Shown piece by piece: positions 55,801-64,000 of a stretch of 64,000 bases of DNA; positions within the stretch are counted from its first letter, which is position 1, and every line of letters begins with the position of its first letter. The stretch is from Eledone cirrhosa (Eukaryota), in assembly GCA_964016885.1 (NCBI GenBank), contig OZ024758.1:39370001-39434000 (forward strand). The letters are read 5' to 3'. The notes beneath the pieces are model-generated. The model saw only the letters and a program-made list of their open reading frames with translations, did not search any database and was not told where the DNA came from. Made by a program: the position numbers and the translations under genes.

Positions 55801-58800
55801 TCACCAACATTGGAGTGACTTCTGACAGCTAATACCATGAACTTAAATGAATTCTCACCAACAGTGGAGTTACTTCTGACAGCTAGTACCATGAACTTAA
55901 ATGAATTCTCACCAACAGTGGAGTTACTTCTGACAGCTAATACCATGAACTTAAATGAATTCTCAGCAACAGTGGAGTTCCTTCTGACAGCTAATACCAT
56001 GAACTTAAATGAATTCTCACCAACATTGGAGTTACTTCTGACAGCTAGTACCATGACTTAAATGAATTCTCACCAACAGTGGAGTTACTTCTGACAGCTA
56101 ATACCATGAACTTAAATGAATTCTCACCAACAGTGGAGTTAATTCTGACAGCTAGTACCATGAACTTAAATGAATTCTCACCAACAGTGGAGTTACTTCT
56201 GACAGCTAATACCATGAACTTAAATGAATTCTCACCAACAGTGGAGTTACTTCTGACAGCTAATACCATGAACTTAAATGAATTCTCACCAACAGTGGAG
56301 TTCCTTCTGACAGCTAATACCATGAACTTAAATGAATTCTCACCAACATTGGTGTTACTTCTGACAGCTAGTACCATGAACTTAAATGAATTCTCACCAA
56401 CAGTGGAATGACTTCTGACAGCTAATACCATGAACTTAAATGAATTCTCACCAACATTGGAGTGACTTCTGACAGCTAATACCATGAACTTAAATGAATT
56501 CTCACCAACAGTGGAGTTACTTCTGACAGCTAGTACCATGAACTTAAATGAATTCTCACCAACAGTGGAGTTACTTCTAACAGCTAATACCATGAACTTA
56601 AATGAATTCTCACCAACATTGGAGTTACTTCTGACAGCTAATACCATGACTTAAATGAATTCTCACCAACAGTGGAGTTACTTCTGTCAGCTAATACCAT
56701 GAACTTAAATGAATTCTCACCAACATTGGAGTGACTTCTGACAGCTAATACCATGAACTTAAATGAATTCTCACCAACATTGGGCTTACTTCTGACAGTT
56801 AGTACCATGAACTTAAATGAATTCTCACCAACAGTGGAGTGACTTCTGACAGCTAATACCATGAACTTACATGAATTATCACCAACATTGGAGTTACTTC
56901 TTACAGCTAGTACCATGAACTTAAATGAATTCTCACCAACATTGGAGTTACTTCTGACAGCTAATACCATGACTTAAATGCATTCTCACCAACAGTGGAG
57001 TTACTTCTGTCAGCTAATACCATGAACTTAAATGAATTCTCACCAACATGGGAGTGACTTCTGACAGCTAATACCATGAACTTAAATGAATTCTCACCAA
57101 CATTGGGGTTACTTCTGACAGCTAGTACCATGAACTTAAATGAATTCTCACCAACATTGGAGTTACTTCTGACAGCTAATACCATGACTTAAATGAATTC
57201 TCACCAACAGTGGAGTTACTTCTGTCAGCTAATACCATGAACTTAAATGAATTCTCACCAACATGGGAGTGACTTCTGACAGCTAATACCATGAACTTAC
57301 ATGAATTATCACCAACATTGGAGTTACTTCTTACAGCTAGTACCATGAACTTAAATGAATTCTCACCAACATTGGAGTTACTTCTGACAGCTAATACCAT
57401 GACTTAAATGAATTCTCACCAACAGTGGAGTTACTTCTGTCAGCTAATACCATGAACTTAAATGAATTCTCACCAACATTGGAGTGACTTCTGACAGCTA
57501 ATACCATGAACTTAAATGAATTCTCACCAACATTGGGGTTACTTCTGACAGCTAGTACCATGAACTTAAATGAATTCTCACCAACAGTGGAGTGACTTCT
57601 GACAGCTAATACCATGAACTTACATGAATTATCACCAACATTGGAGTTACTTCTTACAGCTAGTACCATGAACTTAAATGAATTCTCACCAACAGTGGAG
57701 TTACTTCTGACAGCTAGTACCATGAACTTAAATGAATTCTCACCAACAGTGGAGTTACTTCTGACAGCTAATACCATGAACTTAAATGGATTCTCACCAA
57801 CAGTGGAGTTCCTTCTGACAGCTAATACCATGAACTTAAATGAATTCTCACCAACATTGGAGTTACTTCTGACAGCTAGTACCATGACTTAAATGAATTC
57901 TCACCAACATTGGAGTTATTTCTGACAACTAATACCATGACTTAAATGAATTCTCACCAACAGTGGAGTTACTTCTGACAAACTAATACCATGAACTTAA
58001 ATGAATTCTCACCAACAGTGGAGTTACTTCTGACAGCTAGTACCATGAACTTAAATGAATTCTCACCAACAGTGGAGTTCCTTCTGACAGCTAATACCAT
58101 GAACTTAAATGAATTCTCACCAACAGTGGAGTTACTTCTGACAGCTAATACCATGAACTTAAATGAATTCTCACCAACATTGGTGTTACTTCTGACAGCT
58201 AGTACCATGAACTTAAATGAATTCTCACCAACAGTGGAATGACTTCTGACAGCTAATACCATGAACTTAAATGAATTCTCACCAACAGTGGAGTTACTTC
58301 TGACAGCTAGTACCATGAACTTAAATGAATTCTCACCAACAGTGGAGTTACTTCTGACAGCTAATACCATGAACTTAAATGAATTCTCAGCAACAGTGGA
58401 GTTCCTTCTGACAGCTAATACCATGAACTTAAATGAATTCTCACCAACATTGGAGTTACTTCTGACAGCTAGTACCATGACTTAAATGAATTCTCACCAA
58501 CAGTGGAGTTACTTCTGACAGCTAATACCATGAACTTAAATGAATTCTCACCAACAGTGGAGTTAATTCTGACAGCTAGTACCATGAACTTAAATGAATT
58601 CTCACCAACAGTGGAGTTACTTCTGACAGCTAATACCATGAACTTAAATGAATTCTCACCAACAGTGGAGTTACTTCTGACAGCTAATACCATGAACTTA
58701 AATGAATTCTCACCAACAGTGGAGTTCCTTCTGACAGCTAATACCATGAACTTAAATGAATTCTCACCAACATTGGTGTTACTTCTGACAGCTAGTACCA

Positions 58801-61800
58801 TGAACTTAAATGAATTCTCACCAACAGTGGAATGACTTCTGACAGCTAATACCATGAACTTAAATGAATTCTCACCAACATTGGAGTGACTTCTGACAGC
58901 TAATACCATGAACTTAAATGAATTCTCACCAACAGTGGAGTTACTTCTGACAGCTAGTACCATGAACTTAAATGAATTCTCACCAACAGTGGAGTTACTT
59001 CTAACAGCTAATACCATGAACTTAAATGAATTCTCACCAACATTGGAGTTACTTCTGACAGCTAATACCATGACTTAAATGAATTCTCACCAACAGTGGA
59101 GTTACTTCTGTCAGCTAATACCATGAACTTAAATGAATTCTCACCAACATTGGAGTGACTTCTGACAGCTAATACCATGAACTTAAATGAATTCTCACCA
59201 ACATTGGGGTTACTTCTGACAGTTAGTACCATGAACTTAAATGAATTCTCACCAACAGTGGAGTGACTTCTGACAGCTAATACCATGAACTTACATGAAT
59301 TATCACCAACATTGGAGTTACTTCTTACAGCTAGTACCATGAACTTAAATGAATTCTCACCAACATTGGAGTTACTTCTGACAGCTAATACCATGACTTA
59401 AATGCATTCTCACCAACAGTGGAGTTACTTCTGTCAGCTAATACCATGAACTTAAATGAATTCTCACCAACATGGGAGTGACTTCTGACAGCTAATACCA
59501 TGAACTTAAATGAATTCTCACCAACATTGGGGTTACTTCTGACAGCTAGTACCATGAACTTAAATGAATTCTCACCAACATTGGAGTTACTTCTGACAGC
59601 TAATACCATGACTTAAATGAATTCTCACCAACAGTGGAGTTACTTCTGTCAGCTAATACCATGAACTTAAATGAATTCTCACCAACATGGGAGTGACTTC
59701 TGACAGCTAATACCATGAACTTACATGAATTATCACCAACATTGGAGTTACTTCTTACAGCTAGTACCATGAACTTAAATGAATTCTCACCAACATTGGA
59801 GTTACTTCTGACAGCTAATACCATGACTTAAATGAATTCTCACCAACAGTGGAGTTACTTCTGTCAGCTAATACCATGAACTTAAATGAATTCTCACCAA
59901 CATTGGAGTGACTTCTGACAGCTAATACCATGAACTTAAATGAATTCTCACCAACATTGGGGTTACTTCTGACAGCTAGTACCATGAACTTAAATGAATT
60001 CTCACCAACAGTGGAGTGACTTCTGACAGCTAATACCATGAACTTACATGAATTATCACCAACATTGGAGTTACTTCTTACAGCTAGTACCATGAACTTA
60101 AATGAATTCTCACCAACAGTGGAGTTACTTCTGACAGCTAGTACCATGAACTTAAATGAATTCTCACCAACAGTGGAGTTACTTCTGACAGCTAATACCA
60201 TGAACTTAAATGGATTCTCACCAACAGTGGAGTTGCTTCTGACAGCTAATACCATGAACTTAAATGAATTCTCACCAACATTGGAGTTACTTCTGACAGC
60301 TAGTACCATGACTTAAATGAATTCTCACCAACATTGGAGTTATTTCTGACAACTAATACCATGACTTAAATGAATTCTCACCAACAGTGGAGTTACTTCT
60401 GACAAACTAATACCATGAACTTAAATGAATTCTCACCAACAGTGGAGTTACTTCTGACAGCTAGTACCATGAACTTAAATGAATTCTCACCAACAGTGGA
60501 GTTCCTTCTGACAGCTAATACCATGAACTTAAATGAATTCTCACCAACAGTGGAGTTACTTCTGACAGCTAATACCATGAACTTAAATGAATTCTCACCA
60601 ACATTGGTGTTACTTCTGACAGCTAGTACCATGAACTTAAATGAATTCTCACCAACAGTGGAATGACTTCTGACAGCTAATACCATGAACTTAAATGAAT
60701 TCTCACCAACATTGGAGTGACTTCTGACAGCTAATACCATGAACTTAAATGAATTCTCACCAACAGTGGAGTTACTTCTGACAGCTAGTACCATGAACTT
60801 AAATGAATTCTCACCAACAGTGGAGTTACTTCTGACAGCTTATACCATGAACTTAAATGAATTCTCAGCAACAGTGGAGTTCCTTCTGACAGCTAATACC
60901 ATGAACTTAAATGAATTCTCACCAACATTGGAGTTACTTCTGACAGCTAGTACCATGACTTAAATGAATTCTCACCAACAGTGGAGTTACTTCTGACAGC
61001 TAATACCATGAACTTAAATGAATTCTCACCAACAGTGGAGTTAATTCTGACAGCTAGTACCATGAACTTAAATGAATTCTCACCAACAGTGGAGTTACTT
61101 CTGACAGCTAATACCATGAACTTAAATGAATTCTCACCAACAGTGGAGTTACTTCTGACAGCTAATACCATGAACTTAAATGAATTCTCACCAACAGTGG
61201 AGTTCCTTCTGACAGCTAATACCATGAACTTAAATGAATTCTCACCAACATTGGTGTTACTTCTGACAGCTAGTACCATGAACTTAAATGAATTCTCACC
61301 AACAGTGGAATGACTTCTGACAGCTAATACCATGAACTTAAATGAATTCTCACCAACATTGGAGTGACTTCTGACAGCTAATACCATGAACTTAAATGAA
61401 TTCTCACCAACAGTGGAGTTACTTCTGACAGCTAGTACCATGAACTTAAATGAATTCTCACCAACAGTGGAGTTACTTCTAACAGCTAATACCATGAACT
61501 TAAATGAATTCTCACCAACATTGGAGTTACTTCTGACAGCTAATACCATGACTTAAATGAATTCTCACCAACAGTGGAGTTACTTCTGTCAGCTAATACC
61601 ATGAACTTAAATGAATTCTCACCAACATTGGAGTGACTTCTGACAGCTAATACCATGAACTTAAATGAATTCTCACCAACATTGGGGTTACTTCTGACAG
61701 TTAGTACCATGAACTTAAATGAATTCTCACCAACAGTGGAGTGACTTCTGACAGCTAATACCATGAACTTACATGAATTATCACACAACATTGGAGTTAC

Positions 61801-63290
61801 TTCTTACAGCTAGTACCATGAACTTAAATGAATTCTCACCAACATTGGAGTTACTTCTGACAGCTAATACCATGACTTAAATGAATTCTCACCAACAGTG
61901 GAGTTACTTCTGTCAGCTCATACCATGAACTTAAATGAATTCTCACCAACATGGGAGTGACTTCTGACAGCTAATACCATGAACTTAAATGAATTCTCAC
62001 CAACATTGGGGTTACTTCTGACAGCTAGTACCATGAACTTAAATGAATTCTCACCAACAGTGGAGTGACTTCTGACAGCTAATACCATGAACTTACATGA
62101 ATTATCACCAACATTGGAGTTACTTCTTACAGCTAGTACCATGAACTTAAATGAATTCTCACCAACAGTGGAGTTACTTCTGACAGCTAGTACCATGAAC
62201 TTAAATGAATTCTCACCAACAGTGGAGTTACTTCTGACAGCTAATACCATGAACTTAAATGGATTCTCACCAACAGTGGAGTTCCTTCTGACAGCTAATA
62301 CCATGAACTTAAATGAATTCTCACCAACATTGGAGTTACTTCTGACAGCTAGTACCATGACTTAAATGAATTCTCACCAACATTGGAGTTACTTCTGACA
62401 ACTAATACCATGACTTAAATGAATTCTCACCAACAGTGGAGTTACTTCTGACAAACTAATACCATGAACTTAAATGAATTCTCACCAACAGTGGAGTTAC
62501 TTCTGACAGCTAGTACCATGAACTTAAATGAATTCTCACCAACAGTGGAGTTCCTTCTGACAGCTAATACCATGAACTTAAATGAATTCTCACCAACAGT
62601 GGAGTTACTTCTGACAGCTAATACCATGAACTTAAATGAATTCTCACCAACATTGGTGTTACTTCTGACAGCTAGTACCATGAACTTAAATGAATTCTCA
62701 CCAACAGTGGAATGACTTCTGACAGCTAATACCATGAACTTAAATGAATTCTCACCAACATTGGAGTGACTTCTGACAGCTAATACCATGAACTTAAATG
62801 AATTCTCACCAACAGTGGAGTTACTTCTGACAGCTAGTACCATGAACTTAAATGAATTCTCACCAACAGTGGAGTTTCTTCTGACAGCTAATACCATGAA
62901 CTTAAATGAATTCTCAGCAACAGTGGAGTTCCTTCTGACAGCTAATACCATGAACTTAAATGAATTCTCACCAACATTGGAGTTACTTCTGACAGCTAGT
63001 ACCATGACTTAAATGAATTCTCACCAACAGTGGAGTTACTTCTGACAGCTAATACCATGAACTTAAATGAATTCTCACCAACAGTGGAGTTAATTCTGAC
63101 AGCTAGTACCATGAACTTAAATGAATTCTCACCAACAGTGGAGTTACTTCTGACAGCTAATACCATGAACTTAAATGAATTCTCACCAACAGTGGAGTTA
63201 CTTCTGACAGCTAATACCATGAACTTAAATGAATTCTCACCAACAGTGGAGTTCCTTCTGACAGCTAATACCATGAACTTAAATGAATTC
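54913..63290. repeat. ~2.4-2.5-kb higher-order unit (45-46 monomers): about three copies plus a partial fourth
   Basis: Offsets are 2478 or 2424, a one-monomer difference: 54913/57391/59815, 55491/57969/60393, 56045/58469/60947 and 56638/59062/61540. Local markers: cagttagt (~56796, 59220, 61698), gcattc (~56980, 59404) and catggg. Confidence 0.88.
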
Positions 63291-64000
63291 TCACCAACAT
63301 TGGAGTTACTTCTGACAGCTAGTACCATGACTTAAATGAATTCTCACCAACATTGGAGTTACTTCTGACAGCTAGTACCATGACTTAAATGAATTCTCAC
63401 CAACAATGGAGTTACTTCTGACAGCTAATACCACGTATTAAATGAATTCTCACCAAAAGTGGAGTTACTTCTGACAGCTAATACCATGAACTTAAATGAA
63501 TTCTCAGCAACAGTGGAGTTCCTTCTGACAGCTAATACCATGAACTTAAATGAATTCTCACCAACAGTGGAGTTACTTCTGACAGCTAGTACCATGAACT
63601 TAAATGAATTCTCACCAACAGTGGAGTTACTTCTAACAGCTAATACCATGAACTTAAATGAATTCTCACCAACATTGGAGTTACTTCTGACAGCTAATAC
63701 CATGACTTAAATGAATTCTCACCAACAGTGGAGTTACTTCTGTCAGCTAATACCATGAACTTAAATGAATTCTCACCAACATTGGAGTGACTTCTGACAG
63801 CTAATACCATGAACTTAAATGAATTCTCACCAACATTGGGGTTACTTCTGACAGCTAGTACCATGAACTTAAATGAATTCTCACCAACAGTGGAGTGACT
63901 TCTGACAGCTAATACCATGAACTTACATGAATTATCACCAACATTGGAGTTACTTCTTACAGCTAGTACCATGAACTTAAATGAATTCTCACCAACATTG

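Larger units (their letters stand above)
1..64000. repeat. 54-bp tandem satellite DNA array (EcoRI site in monomer), ~1,190 monomers, single orientation, running off both window edges
   Basis: The unit ATGAACTTAAATGAATTCTCACCAACAGTGGAGTTACTTCTGACAGCTAATACC recurs every 53-54 bp from the first to the last line (first full unit 22-75, consensus copy 184-237). Most monomers differ from the consensus by 0-3 positions. All six-frame ORFs are the same 18-aa repeats. Confidence 0.99.

Noticed and set aside
1-64000. CRISPR array or guide/cassette library (repeat plus variable segment)
   Set aside because: There are no unique spacers. The variable part consists of 1-3 point variants of a fixed sequence, copied in blocks. 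No cas, recombinase or reverse transcriptase gene and no leader are present.
1-64000. Tandem tRNA, 5S or snRNA gene cluster, or telomeric repeat
   Set aside because: The unit is only 54 bp. It has no cloverleaf, no recognisable Pol III A/B box, no T4+ terminator and no G-rich telomere motif.
1-64000. Variant order as a deliberate code or synthetic construct
   Set aside because: The ordering is explained by nested tandem duplication plus rare point mutation. There are no vector, linker or adapter sequences.
1-64000. Mammalian CENP-B box or assignment to a named satellite or species
   Set aside because: The CENP-B box core needs two CpGs (TTCG....A..CGGG) and the consensus has none. I do not recognise the monomer well enough to name a family without a database search.

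Overview
The whole 64 kb window is one uninterrupted head-to-tail satellite array in a single orientation. The monomer is 54 bp, about 37% GC and free of CpG (consensus ATGAACTTAAATGAATTCTCACCAACAGTGGAGTTACTTCTGACAGCTAATACC, e.g. 184-237). It carries one EcoRI site and is present in roughly 1,190 copies. I see no gene, RNA gene, transposon, CRISPR array or unique sequence. Every ORF in the track is a read-through of the 18-codon monomer (+ MNLNEFSPTVELLLTANT; - MVLAVRSNSTVGENSFKF), broken by recurrent 1-bp indels and stop codons. The real information lies in the variant pattern. A small vocabulary of monomer variants shows nested, locally arising higher-order tandem duplications with periods of 215, 323, 540, 1454, 2103, ~2.4-2.5 kb, ~2.7-2.8 kb, 3342, 4902, 4905, ~5.9 kb and 7596 bp, and diagnostic variants turn over from left to right. 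This is typical of eukaryotic heterochromatic satellite (centromeric, pericentromeric or subtelomeric). I cannot assign the species or a named family, and the sequence does not support a novel protein-coding system. Periods were obtained by subtracting ORF-track coordinates and spot-checking marker variants by eye. Boundaries are approximate (about +/- one monomer).
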